A DNA stretch of 64,000 nucleotides from the human T2T-CHM13v2.0 reference genome, Homo sapiens, in NCBI RefSeq assembly GCF_009914755.1, contig NC_060940.1. One strand, given 5' to 3'. Under the pieces are notes generated by a model. It did no database searches and was not told the origin of the DNA. It saw nothing but the letters and a program-made list of their open reading frames with translations. Positions within the stretch are counted from its first letter, which is position 1. Every line of letters starts with the position of its first letter. This document shows, piece by piece, positions 1 through 17,538 of the stretch. The translations under genes were made by a program, and so were the position numbers.

Positions 1-554
1 ACCTACTCTGCTTGGCAAAGTGCAAGAGCCTTTGGTGGTTGAATGAATGAACGAATGAATGGAATGAGTGAATTAATGAATGAAGCACATCCCAGGAAGG
101 GAAGCTTCATCACAAGGAAGCCCATGGGAGGCCTGCTGGATGAGGACCGCCCAGGCCTATAGGTGGGTGGGTGGGAGGATGGGGTTGGTACCAACCAGCA
201 GCAATGGCTGCGGGCAGATGACCACGTCCCCCCTCCAAGGATGGCGATTTGCTTGGGTGCAAGTCTCTAGAGGCTGCAGCCATGGCTGGTCCAGAGGCAT
301 GCAGGGAACAGTCCATGATCACAGTGACTTGGTTGATCTTCTCAGGGGCAGGTGAATAAAGGGAGCTCACTGTGCTTGGAAAATACATCCCCAGGGGCTT
401 GGGCAGGAAAACAGGCTGCCCTCAAATGCCTCTCTGCCACCCCTTGGTAATAGGAAGAACACTGCCCAATAACTGAGCCCCTCCTGGTGGGGCACTGGGC
501 TTCATAGGGTTCAGAGGGTTCCCAAGGGAAGGGCCGGGAGAAGGGCTGACCCCT

Positions 555-980
555 CACATACACACAAGACACACACACAGATGTGCAAGCACACGTATGC
601 ATTCACATGCTCACTTTCACCCCAACTCACCAGCAACACACAAGACCTTCACAGACACACCCGCAACCCCTACACACAGCAACCTGTAACACAGATACAT
701 ATGTGCAACCCCCAGAGAAGCAGGGCCATCCACATGGGTGAACAAGGCCACACAGATGGGCATGTTCACACTCATCCAGAGACCCTGCCTTCAGCTCACT
801 CACCACAACCCCAGTACACACACCGGTACTCCCAAATACGCCCACAGACATGCACGCAGCTTCTGACACAAGTATACACACAGACCCATCCCCACATGTA
901 CCACACACCCTCATGTACACACATGTAGACTCATAAGTGCTCACATGTGCACTCACACATAGGCACATACACACACAGGC
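555..980. repeat. Degenerate (CA)-rich low-complexity tract (UG-rich in ZNF423 pre-mRNA)
   Basis: About 420 nt dense in cacaca/catgcac motifs. Confidence 0.85.
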
Positions 981-984
981 TCAC

Positions 985-1102
985 CAGCCCCCAAACCCTC
1001 CAAGCATGGCTGGACTCCAGTCCTCACCCCAACATCTATTCCTAGTCTATCCCCACTCTCAACCCCCCTGGAGACCCCCTCCTCCTGCAGCTTCAGCCCC
1101 CA
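985..1102 (-). other. Candidate cryptic exon (acceptor 1102; donors 1028 or 985)
   Basis: The acceptor reads tctgtctttctgtaattatatctcctAG|TG. The donors are GGG|GTGAGG and CTG|GTGAGC, the latter directly followed by the UG tract. The frame is open in ZNF423 phase. Confidence 0.5.
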
Positions 1103-2762
1103 CTAGGAGATATAATTACAGAAAGACAGAACTTGGCACTCAAAGCACCTCCCCTGCCATAAGCCCCTTCCCTGGGGCCCAGCCCAGGAGAACTAGAGCT
1201 GAGTTCCAGGGCCTGTGGCCAGGGCTGCCTCCCCCAACACAGCCCTGAGCAACTGCAGAGGGGGGCCCCGGGCAGGAAGAAAACACACTTGAGAATGGCA
1301 AAGACAGGAGAGGGAGGGCAGGGAAGAAATGGCCAGGCCCTTCAAGACAGGAAGGAGAGAAGGAAAAGCCAGCCAGAGCTGTTATATTTCCATGATCGTG
1401 AGCACTGCCAATGTTCACTGAGCACTTGCCATGTGTGGGCAGCATTTATGCTAAATACTCACAAACCCTCTGCAAGCTCCACCCTAGGGATGGGGTAAGT
1501 GGAGTTTCAAGAGGCTGCATCACTTGGTCAGAGCCTCTTGCTGGTGAGTAGGAGAACTGGAATTCGATGCCCACTGTCTGAGCTGCCATTCTCAGCTCCA
1601 TGTCCCAGATCTCCTGCCAGGCCTGGTCTAGGTGACAGAAAGCTAGTGGGATCTGGATAGGCCCTCTAACCTTGATATCTGTTTACTTGGCTGTAAAATG
1701 GGTATGAGAACACCTGGCCTGTCCCACCTAGCAGAGAAAGGCACCGTGGGGATCTGCAGGATCAATGGATGGCCAGGGTCTGCCCGTGCTGGTCTCGAGT
1801 TGGGGTGATGTTGTCATTACCCATAAACAGAGGGGGAGGTGGAACTTCAATGCTTCATGCTCCAGCCGACAGCAGCCTCAGCCCCACAGGAACCCAGTCC
1901 TCTGAGAGCTGGTTGCTATGGATACACTCCCGAGGGTCCCAGCCTGCCAGCCCCCAAGCCCCTGTGAAACCCCCAGAGTCTGTTCTTACATGAGTGGGTC
2001 CTCAGGGAGGGAAGGGGTGGGCTAACTGACATCTGGGCCCCTGTCCCCAGGTGTGCCCACACAGGGGGCAAGGCCCCAGAGAATGCCGCCTTGCCTGGGG
2101 AGGTACCTGGGCTTTGTTTCTGCAATGGCCCATCTCCCCAGGCCTCCAGGCAGGCAGAGCCATGATTTTCAGCTCATCCCTGCTCACACAAGGCCCAAAG
2201 GCAGGGAGAGGAAGGCCTGGGGGCCCCCAGGAAACACGGTCCCCTTGAGTTTCAGTCCCTGCACAGCCGCGCACAGCTGTGCATCCTTGGGTATACGGCA
2301 TCACCTTTCTGAGCTGGAGCCCCTCTTTACCAAAACACAGGCCACAGCAAGGTTCCTGGATTGTTGCTACAGAGATGACCTAAAAGTTGGTGCCCAGCGG
2401 AGCACCACTCACATAGTAGGGGCTTTCACAAAGTGGTGCTTGATGCCGGATGCAGAGCACTCCAGGGAGGCTCACACAGCCCAAGGCTTTGGAGGCTCTA
2501 GAAACAGCTCCCTGGCCATCAGAAAACCCAGCACCATGGTGGGCAGTGCCAGAAAGGGAGGGGTGATCTGGGTTGAGGGGCACCCAGGAGAAGCGGGCAC
2601 AGTGACCCAGCCCAGCTGCACTGCCCCACAGCCTGAGCACAGCTGTGACCACCCGGGACCCCACCCCAGCTGGCCTTTCCCTTCCTGCAGCCAGGATGTG
2701 GTCCAGAGCTGCTGGGTGGACTGTTGGTCAAGATCAGGGGCTGTGGTGCAGATGCTGCCTGC

Positions 2763-2892
2763 CTGGGTTCAAGTCTCCTCTCAGCTCTCGAAAGCTGGGG
2801 GCTTGAGGCAAGCAACCTCATTGTGGTATGCCTCAGTTTCCTCATTTACAACATGAAATATTGTAAGGATTAAATAGAAAGTGCTTGGCAAG
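2763..2892 (+). mobile_element. MIR SINE fragment
   Basis: Core motifs ctgggttcaagtc...gcctcagtttcctcattt...aaggattaaat...aaagtgcttggca. Confidence 0.7.
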
Positions 2893-3463
2893 TCCTTACT
2901 CCTCAATGAGTGTGGATTGCCATTGTAAAAGGGAAAAATATCAGCGACATTTACTATGTGCTTGGCACTTAATTTACACATTTAATCCTCAGAGCAAAAC
3001 GCTAAGGTCAGCATGAGAAATAGTCACAATGGTTCACAAATGATGGGGAACAGGCAGTGACCAATCAGAGCAGATAATGGTTAAAAAACCAGAGAGGCCC
3101 CCCAGTTTCTCCCTAGATGCAGAGATGTCAGCCCAGGAGAGACTCTATTACTATTCCATTACTATCACTATTCATTACCACTGCCACTACCTCTGGCTTC
3201 GTAGTGGAACACAGAGGCCCAGAGAGGTCAAATTACCGCTGGGTCCTGGGAGAAGGAGATTTTAACCCAGGCCACCTGACTCCAAGGCCGAAACATTCCC
3301 TGAGAGCACCTATGCCCCCCTAGAAAGGCTGAGGGGGACAGAGCGGGGCAGCAGAAACCAGTGCCCATGCTCAGCCCCTGGAGGGGGTCCTCCTGGGGCC
3401 CTGTTTAGAACCCTGGCTCAGACAAAGGGTCCTGAGAGGGTGGGGTACTGCTATAGCCCCTAA

Positions 3464-3848
<385 letters not shown>

Positions 3849-3849
<1 letters not shown>

Positions 3850-3990
3850 TTTTTTTTTTTTTTTTTAAGGAACAGGGTCCCACTCTGCCACCCAGGCTGG
3901 AATGCAATGGTGTAATCATAGCTAACTGCAGCCTTGATCTTCCAAACTCAAAAAGTGCTGGGACTATAGGTGTCAGCCACAGCACCCGGC
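3849..3990 (-). mobile_element. AluJ remnant with internal deletion, tandem to the previous Alu
   Basis: Poly-T, then right-arm sequence joined directly to the left-arm 5' end. Confidence 0.8.
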
Positions 3991-4949
3991 CTCGCTATTT
4001 TCATTCAAGTTGTCCTCTCTTCAGGAAGATATCCACGGACGGGTCCCCTGGCCCTCTTGGCTCCCGTGGGCCTGTGTGTAACACCAGAAGTCAAGGTCAG
4101 CAGGCACTGAGGCCCCTTCCGCTGTGGGGTCCTCCCTTTACTCTCTCTGGCCCTCTTCTCTCCCCCTCTGCCCTCCTCACCCCCTCAAAATCACAGGGTC
4201 CCAGGAAAAACACCCTCAGCAAACACCCCTGTGTCCCAGCCGGTGCCTATGGCAGATGGCCCTTCCCCAAATCCTGCCTCCCTGCCAATGGTGCCAGCAG
4301 CGGTCCTTGAGGGAAATATACTCCTGAGATCCGCCTGGCACCTCCTTGGTCTGGAAACAGACAACACAGACTCAATGGGAACCCCACACCTGTGCTGTCT
4401 GACACCCAAGGGCCACACAGACTCCAGGCCCACCATTGGTTGCCCCTCAGCCCCTGTACCCAAGGCCTGTGTGGGCCCATCCATAGCCTAGACTTCTCCC
4501 CAGCTCATTGAAAGCCACTTATCATGGGCCTGTGGCTCCCTCTGGTCCACAAGTCCCAAGTCAGGGTCCATTTCTGGTTCTCCTTGGCTCCCAGGCACCT
4601 CCAAACATAATGGGTGCTTTGATGAACAGGGAAAATTTGATGAACGAATCAATCAGTCATTAACAATAACAGCAATTGAAACCACGTCAAAGGGCCTTCC
4701 ACATACCAGCAACTGCACTAACTGAAATGATGCCACTGGTGATAAGAGTACCAGCTGGTGATGACAGCCAGCACCACTGAGCCATGAGTGCTGGGCTCTC
4801 GGCCCCTTGTGTGTGTGTGATCTCTATGAACTGTCAAAAGAATCCTGGATCTAAGGCCCAGAGAAGTCAGTGACTTGCCTAAGGAGACCCAATAAGCAAA
4901 TGAGTATGTCATACCCCAGCTCAACAACAAAGACACAAGCCACCACCCA

Positions 4950-8907
<3,958 letters not shown>

Positions 8908-9899
8908 TCACTTGATCCACACCTGGGAGTCAACTCCCCTCAAATCCCTAATCCTGGAGGGAAGGAAATCCCACTGGTCCTTATGAACACAGGCAAAATT
9001 TTGCAACAACAAAAATGCCCTTATCAGATTGGCCATAGAATGCACCATTCTCTGGGTATGGGTGGACTGATGGAGCTGGAAGCTGCTGCTTCAGGTGGTA
9101 GACAAGACATAAGAGGTGTGAAATCACAGGGCAAGAGACAGCAGACTTCAGTGCTCAGGTGGGAAGGGAACCTAGGGCACTGAAGAGGCATCTGTGGGTT
9201 TCCTGGCCCAGGCCATCCTGAGACCCTTGTTTTCTTTGTTCCCACTGCACCCCTGGATTTGCCCCAACCCCACCCAGGATCAAGACAGATGGAGAGATGG
9301 TGACAGTGATTGGAGGATGAATGAGGACATGGAAGGCCACAGAGCTCAGACCCAGGCGGACCCTTAACCCCACTGCAAAGGCAAGGAAGAGACAATCCTT
9401 GTACAGACTCCAGCCAGTCCCACCCTCCCTGGGGACAGCCCCCACAACCCCCCTCGTTTGCTGGCCCGGCTAGCCTCAGAGGAAAACTAAACAAACCTAA
9501 GGGTAGGCCGTTTCTGGGAAAACAAAGGCACACAGGACACAGTGAATAAAGCTAGAGACATTCCCCGGCGGGGGCCGAGCAGAGCCAGCCCGGGCAGGGA
9601 GTGAGTTCCAAGGCTCAAGTTTCTCTTCGGCTGGATTTAAAACTTAATAATGAATGAAACAGACCGCAGGCTGCTGCGGGCAGGGGAGAGACAAACAAAA
9701 GCTCAGATTCGGCTCCGCTGACCTTGCTCTTGTAACCCCGAGGAAATAAACCACTGCCCCCGCCTCTCCAGCCGCCAGCCAGCCTGGCTGAGTCTTCAGA
9801 AGAGCCTCACAGACGTAACCCAGACGTAACCTTGGCCCAGAGGCAGCCCAGACCTTCAGGAAGGGATGGGGCAGGCGCACCATGCTCCCAGCACGGGTG

Positions 9900-10080
9900 A
9901 ACACTGGCACACAGATGCGCATACACACGCCTACCTACATACACACACAACACCCACCATCACACACATTCATTCACACCATCACTCCCACACACTCACA
10001 CTATCACTCACAAACTTAAATATACATGCACACGCTCATGTACACACATTCACCTGCAGACACACACACACACACATCAC
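9900..10080. repeat. (CA)-rich tract (UG-rich in pre-mRNA)
   Basis: Degenerate CA repeats ending in a near-perfect (CA)n. Confidence 0.85.
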
Positions 10081-11409
10081 AGACCTGTGGTTTCCCTACA
10101 AGGCTCTCCACACAAGCTGCCTCTGCTGTCCCAGGCCGATCCTAAGACTTAAAGAGAGAACAAAGGCTGATTGGGGGGTCTTGAGGGGTCCCTCACAGCT
10201 GGGGCTGAGCCTGGTCCTAGGCCCCGCCCCCACCCCCTGGCCCCCGCAGCGCTGATTGTGTGAAGATCCACCTGACCCCCCTGGCACCATTGGCACAGCT
10301 CAACCGGGATGCATGCGGCTCTCCGAAGCTCGCAGTTCTCCAAAGCTCCCGACTGCAAGGCTTCCGGCAGCCAACCCACCTCTGAAGCCCAGCTCCCCAG
10401 CCCAGCTCAAGGGGCCTCCTGGAACACCCTCCCAGAGCACCAGCACCTTCTCCCCCGGGGGCCTCACATGACGGGCTCGGCAGACGGGAAGGATGCAGCA
10501 GTCGTGGCCAGCTCCCCAGATGAGATGCAGTGGGAGGCGCCCCAGCCCCTGCCTGCCAATTCCCAGCTCTTGCCAGCTGGGCTCTCTGGGGCACAGACAA
10601 AAGGGACCCCAGGGAGGAGATGGCTGGGGCCAGGGGACCTACTCGGCCCCCGCTCCAGGCCAGGCTGGACTGGCTTCTTATTATTTTGATGTCTTCACTC
10701 AGACTCACTCAAACTGCCACTGAGCCCTTCCTGTGTGCCCAGCACTCAGTGCTAAGTGCTTTCTCGCAACTGCAAATGAGTGGCCAGGTCCACTCCCACT
10801 GGACAGACGAGGAAACTGAGGCACGGCCTCAGAGACTTGCTCTGGGAAATGACAGTGCCAGAGACTGATGCCAGGACTGTCCACATTCAGGCCCCTTGAT
10901 CGTGATGTGGGCCTGGACCAGCTTCTGGGGGCCAAACAGTCAAATAAGACCACTCCTGCGTGGGTAAGAAGGGGAGAGGCCCACGTGTAAAGCCTCCAGG
11001 GTCCTCAGGACTTGATCTCCTTGGAGCCTGCCTTGTGAAGAGGGCTGGGGCTGGCCCATGATTTGCATTTCTGGGAGGGGCTCATCAGGGTTCAGAGAGA
11101 CACAGGAACTGGCTGGAACCCACCCAGCAACTGATGTGTGGAGAAGTCTCAACAACTGGGCAGGTGAAACCACTATCACTCTTGTCCCTAGGACAAGCCT
11201 GAACAGATATTTCTGCCAGGGTTCATTTGCTCCTAAACCTTTCACACCACCTGAAGACCAGAAGACACTCACTCAGAGCCAGAGCCCTCCCAGCTCCTCT
11301 ATGAATTCATCCATGCCCTGAACATTCCTCTTAACCACTCACTTTACGCATCTGAAAAAAGGGAATCACTGGGAGGAGTGGATGAGAAAAACTAATGGGA
11401 GAAAGCACT

Positions 11410-11672
11410 ATTATGCCACTGACATGAGATGTCCAGAATAAGGCGCATCTGAGACAGAAGGCAGGTTAGCAGCTGTCCGAGGCTGGAGATGGGAGCAGGG
11501 ACTGGCTGCACAGGTGACAGGGATCCTTCTGACATGATGGAAATGGTCTAAAACTAGACTGTGGGTGAAGACTGCACAGCTCTGTAAACTTACCAAAGAC
11601 TGGCTGAGTTGCTCACTTCAAACAAGTGAATTTTATGGTATGCAAATTATACTTCAATAAAGTTGTTAAACA
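11410..11672 (+). mobile_element. Old L1 (L1M-type) 3' end fragment
   Basis: gaaatggtctaaaactag...ctgcacagctctgtaaacttac...gtgaattttatggtatgcaaattatacttcaataaa is a typical L1MB/ME 3' terminus. Confidence 0.8.
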
Positions 11673-11734
11673 AAAGCACTATTTTGCCAATAATAAGAAT
11701 TAGTACTAATTAGTGCCACAAGTGCTAACAATAT

Positions 11735-11930
11735 TAACAGCTCCATTTATTGAGAATGTCCCACGTGCCAGCACTGTGCTAAGTATGTCTATTATCGCAA
11801 TTAATTTCTATTCATCCTCACAACAACCATATCTGGCTGTCTGCAGTAACATTCCCATTTCTGAGATGAGGAAGTGGGGTTCAGGGAGGTGAGGAACTGG
11901 CCCCCAGTACCAAGCCAGATGCCCCATTTA
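11735..11930 (-). mobile_element. MIR SINE
   Basis: atttattgag..gtgccagcactgtgctaag..cccatttc.gagatgaggaa. Confidence 0.7.
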
Positions 11931-12381
11931 GTGTCTGGCCAAACTTCATCCTGTAGGAGTACAGAACCTGGTCCCGAGGCCCCACATCAGTCATTCACCC
12001 AGTAGGCTTTGAAAAGGAGAATCTTAACCTGCCCGGCACCAGAGTACCCAAGGTTCATTGCAGGCTGGCTGCTTGGCTTTATTTTTCTGCAAACAAGTTT
12101 TGAAACTAAAGCAAAGCGTATTATTCTGGGAGCAACAAGCTGAGCCACTGCTGAGATTATAATCATCTGAATTGAAATGAAAATAAGGCTCCTTAAACTG
12201 AAAAGGCCCAATCAGGGAAAATGGGCATGTTGACATATAAAGTCCCAAACTCAGATTGCCCTGTTTAAAGTCTTTTATTCAAAGAACATTCAACCTCGCC
12301 TGCTGCCATCCCACCCCCTCCAAATGCATTTTGCTTTGGGGGGACTTAGCTCAGTGCTCTAGAAACAGGCTAGAGAGATAA

Positions 12382-12942
<561 letters not shown>

Positions 12943-12944
12943 TA

Positions 12945-13150
12945 AATACTTGCATCGATTTTGCTGTGTGCCAGGCATTCTTCTAAGAGTTAATGTGTAC
13001 TCACTCATTCAATCCTCTCAATAGGCTAATGAGTTAGGGACTGTTATAATTTCCATTTACAGATGAGAAAACCAGGGCACAGATCGACTGAGTGACTTGC
13101 CCAGTGCCACACAGCCAGCAGGCAGCAGAGTCAGGATGTGAACCCCCCCT
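12945..13150 (-). mobile_element. MIR SINE
   Basis: tgtgccaggc..ccatttacagatgagaaaac..gtgacttgccc..cacacagc. Confidence 0.7.
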
Positions 13151-13721
13151 TAGTCCTGTTCAGTCAGTGTTTTCACCCACAAGGCTTCACTACCCCCCAC
13201 CCCCCACTTTGGGAGGAGAAGCATGAGAAAATCAAGTGGGAGGTACAATGACTAATGACAGACCCATGCTTCCCCTGCCCCCCAGAGTAAATGCAATCAA
13301 AGAACTATAACAAAAATGAGTTAAAAAAACACACACACACTTGCAAAATGGAGATTAAAGTCATTTAAAAATGACTAATCCTGCAAAAAGGCCAAATAGG
13401 AAATGGGTTATATGAGGCTTTTGCTGTCTGCTGCAGGAAGAGAAAGAAAACAAGCATAAAAGAGGAGAGAATTTTTGATAAAAATTCAATTAAGTTGAAA
13501 AAAGAACATTAACTGGGCTTCAGAACACGTCAGCAGCAGAAAGAGCCAGGTGATTCCCAAGCTCATGTGGTCACACTTGGTGACCAGCATGGAGCAGGAC
13601 ATGAATTCAGCAGGCTGATGCTACAGTGTGTAAAACTGCCTCGGACACACCTCATCTAGGCTGAGCAGTGCAAGTGGCCGCCCAGAATGGCTGGGAGCCA
13701 CAGCTCACGGCTCCTCTGTCA

Positions 13722-14338
<617 letters not shown>

Positions 14339-15304
14339 CCGTGAGCCTACAGAGGGAACAAGAGCTCATCCAGCCATTGGAATAAGGTTTCCATCCCAGT
14401 CCTCAGGGCCTCTTGTGCCCAGGACTGTGCTGAATACTGCAGGGTCGCCTGGGTGCATCCCACCTTGGTCCTGCCCCAAGGACATTCCAGACCATGCAAA
14501 GGAGAGGCCAAGTAGAGCAAGAAAGGCACCAGTGGGAGTCATGCTGGGGCAACGGGCAGAGAGTCCATCAGGAGGCTGGGCCTCCACTGCCTCTGCTGGC
14601 TCATGGGAAGCTGGAATTCATGCTCTCTATAGCCCCTGCCATATGAATATAAAGATCACCTTGTACAATACTCCAACCATCAAGACCATCTTCATGATAG
14701 ACACAAAATGGCCTTACAGTGCTTCACAAAGTCCCCAAAAAGACTCCTTGCCACTCAACTGTTTCTTCAGAAAAATGAAAATTGCCAAGGAGACCAGTTC
14801 CCAACAGGACAAAGCTTTGTAATACACCAAGCAGAGCTTCTCTGCTGCCCCCATACAGAGCTCCAAGAATAGGAATCACTGTGGCCCTTCCCTAAGCTCA
14901 GAGGAATGGGACCCTAGACTCAGGAACCAACTACCCAATCCCACATGATACAGATGGAAAAGCTGAGGCCCAGAAAAGAGAAGAAAACTTACAAGCCCAG
15001 CTAATTGGTAGTGGTTGCCTAGAATCCTGTGTTCAGAAGGATTCCAAGGCCTTATCTCAGGTCCAAAGAAATGAGTGCTGCAATCAACTGATGATGTCTG
15101 CCATGAGCAGAGACATGTAGGAATGGAATAGTCAAAGGGCACTGAGCAAACTGGAAAGAGGAGTCTCCTGACTCCCAATGCTAGATGCTTTTCAGGTTTC
15201 CTCTTCCAAAAAAGGAGCTGTCCATTCTCTTTGAGAGATGAGGCTTTGGTGTTCCCAAAATCCTGTTGGTCACAGAGAGACAAGAGGCCCTGACAGATAC
15301 CGTA

Positions 15305-15683
15305 TGATATGGTTTGGCTGTGTCCTCACCCAAATCTCATCTTGAATTGTAGTTCCCATAATCCCCACTTGTGGTGGGAGGGACCTGGTGGGAGGTAACT
15401 GAATCATGGGGGTGGTTTCCCCCATGCTATTCTAGCGATAGTGAGTAAGTTCTCATGAGATCTGATGGTTGTATTAAGGGGCTTCCCTCTTTGCTCAGCT
15501 CTCATTCTTCTCCTTCCTGCCACCATGTGAAGAAGGACATGTTTGTTTCCCCTTCCAACATGATTGTTAGTTTCCTGAGGCCTTCCCAGCCATGCACAAC
15601 TGTGAGTCAATTAAACCTCTTTCCTTCATAAATTACCCAGTCTTGGGTATTTATTCACAGCAGCATGAGAATGAACTAATATA
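15305..15683 (+). mobile_element. THE1 (C/D-like) MaLR solo LTR
   Basis: Starts TGATATGGTTTGGCTGTGTC and ends GAACTAATATA. The 5-bp TSD is ccgta/ctgta, differing by one CpG transition. Confidence 0.93.
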
Positions 15684-16149
15684 CTGTAGAACTGTGTTGG
15701 AGTCTGGAGAGGAATCTCCAGCCAGATAGGTCAGCTGTGACATCAGCTGATGGTGAGGATTGCCCAAAGTGGACACAAAGCAGCCCGGACAACCGAGGAG
15801 AGCCAGTCAGTGTTTCCTAGAGCCTGGGGTAATAAGAGCTGCAAGACCTGAATATGCTTCAGGGCACACTGTAGATTGTGGTTCCCACAGAGGTAGCCAG
15901 AGCCTAAGCAGGTGGCTTTCCAGACACGAAATGATCCAAATTGAGCTCAAGGGGCATCTGGGCATATTCCTGATCACTTCTTGGGAAACCAGGGGTACTT
16001 GCACACACCTGATGCCAGAACTAGCCATCCATCCCAGAATACTCCTCAACTCAATTACATCCCTGCCTGTAAAACTAGCATCAGTGTATTGAGGGCAAGA
16101 GAGGGTGCATAGCTCCTCCCTCATCTTATTTCACTGATGGAGAAACTGA

Positions 16150-16545
<396 letters not shown>

Positions 16546-17040
16546 TGTATGACACATTTTCTATGTGCCAGGTCCTTTGCCAGCTTTTTCTCAATTGATT
16601 CTCACACATTCCCTATGAGGTAGGTACTATTAACAACCCCTTTTTATAACTGTGCAAAGTGACACTCCAAGAAGGAAAGTAACTTCTGAGCGCACAGACA
16701 TTGCAAGTGGCAGATGCCCCCACCCACTTACTAACCACCAGGCTACACTGCTTCACCAGGCCCTGGAGCCAGTCCAAGGCCCATATCCCTGCTGGACCTG
16801 CTCCCTCTTTCTTGAGGTCCACCATGCACAAGCACAGTACCAGGCCCCGTGACTTGAACCAGGTACAGGTCTTAAGCTTTACAACCCCACCTGCCATTGA
16901 GGCAAAGTCAGTGGTGGATGACCAGGCTAGGCTGGGTCTGATGCCAAGCACTAATGAATGTTGCTGGCCTCTTTCCTCACTGGATGGCAGGTAAAGTAGC
17001 CTGCTGCTTAAATAGCCTATGCAGAAGCAAACCTGGAGAT

Positions 17041-17538
17041 TGTGGTCGGCAGAATAATAATTACCCCAAAGATGTCCAAGTCTTAACTTCCAAAACATAT
17101 GAATATGTTACGTTACATGGTAAAATGGAATTAAGGTTGACAATTGGCTGACCTTAAAATAAAGAGATTATCCTGGATTATCCACATGGGTCTGTTGTAA
17201 TCACAAGGGTCCTTAAATGTGCAGGAGGGAGGCAGAAGAGGAGGTTGAGGTGATGCAATATGAGAAGGACCCAACCAGCAATTACTAGTATTGAAGATGG
17301 AAGGAGGCCATATGCCAAGAAATGTGAGCAGCCTCTAAGAACTGGAAAGGCAAGGAAATGGATTTTTCCCTAAGAGCATCCAGAAAGGAATGCGGCCCTG
17401 CCAACACCTTAATTTTAACCCAGTGACATCTGGGTCAGACTTCTGACCTACAGAACTGTAAGATACTATTTTTTGTTTGTTGTTTTAAGCCACTGTGCTT
17501 ATGGTAATTTGTTACAGCAGTAATAGCAAACTAATACA
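17041..17538 (+). mobile_element. MLT1 (MLT1D-like) MaLR LTR
   Basis: TGTGG..cagaataat..ccccaaagatgtcc..gagattatcctggattatc...gtaatttgttacagcag..aaactaatACA. Confidence 0.9.

Noticed and set aside
2053-2856. 267-aa plus-strand ORF
   Set aside because: No domain similarity; it ends inside a MIR and lies in GC-rich intron.
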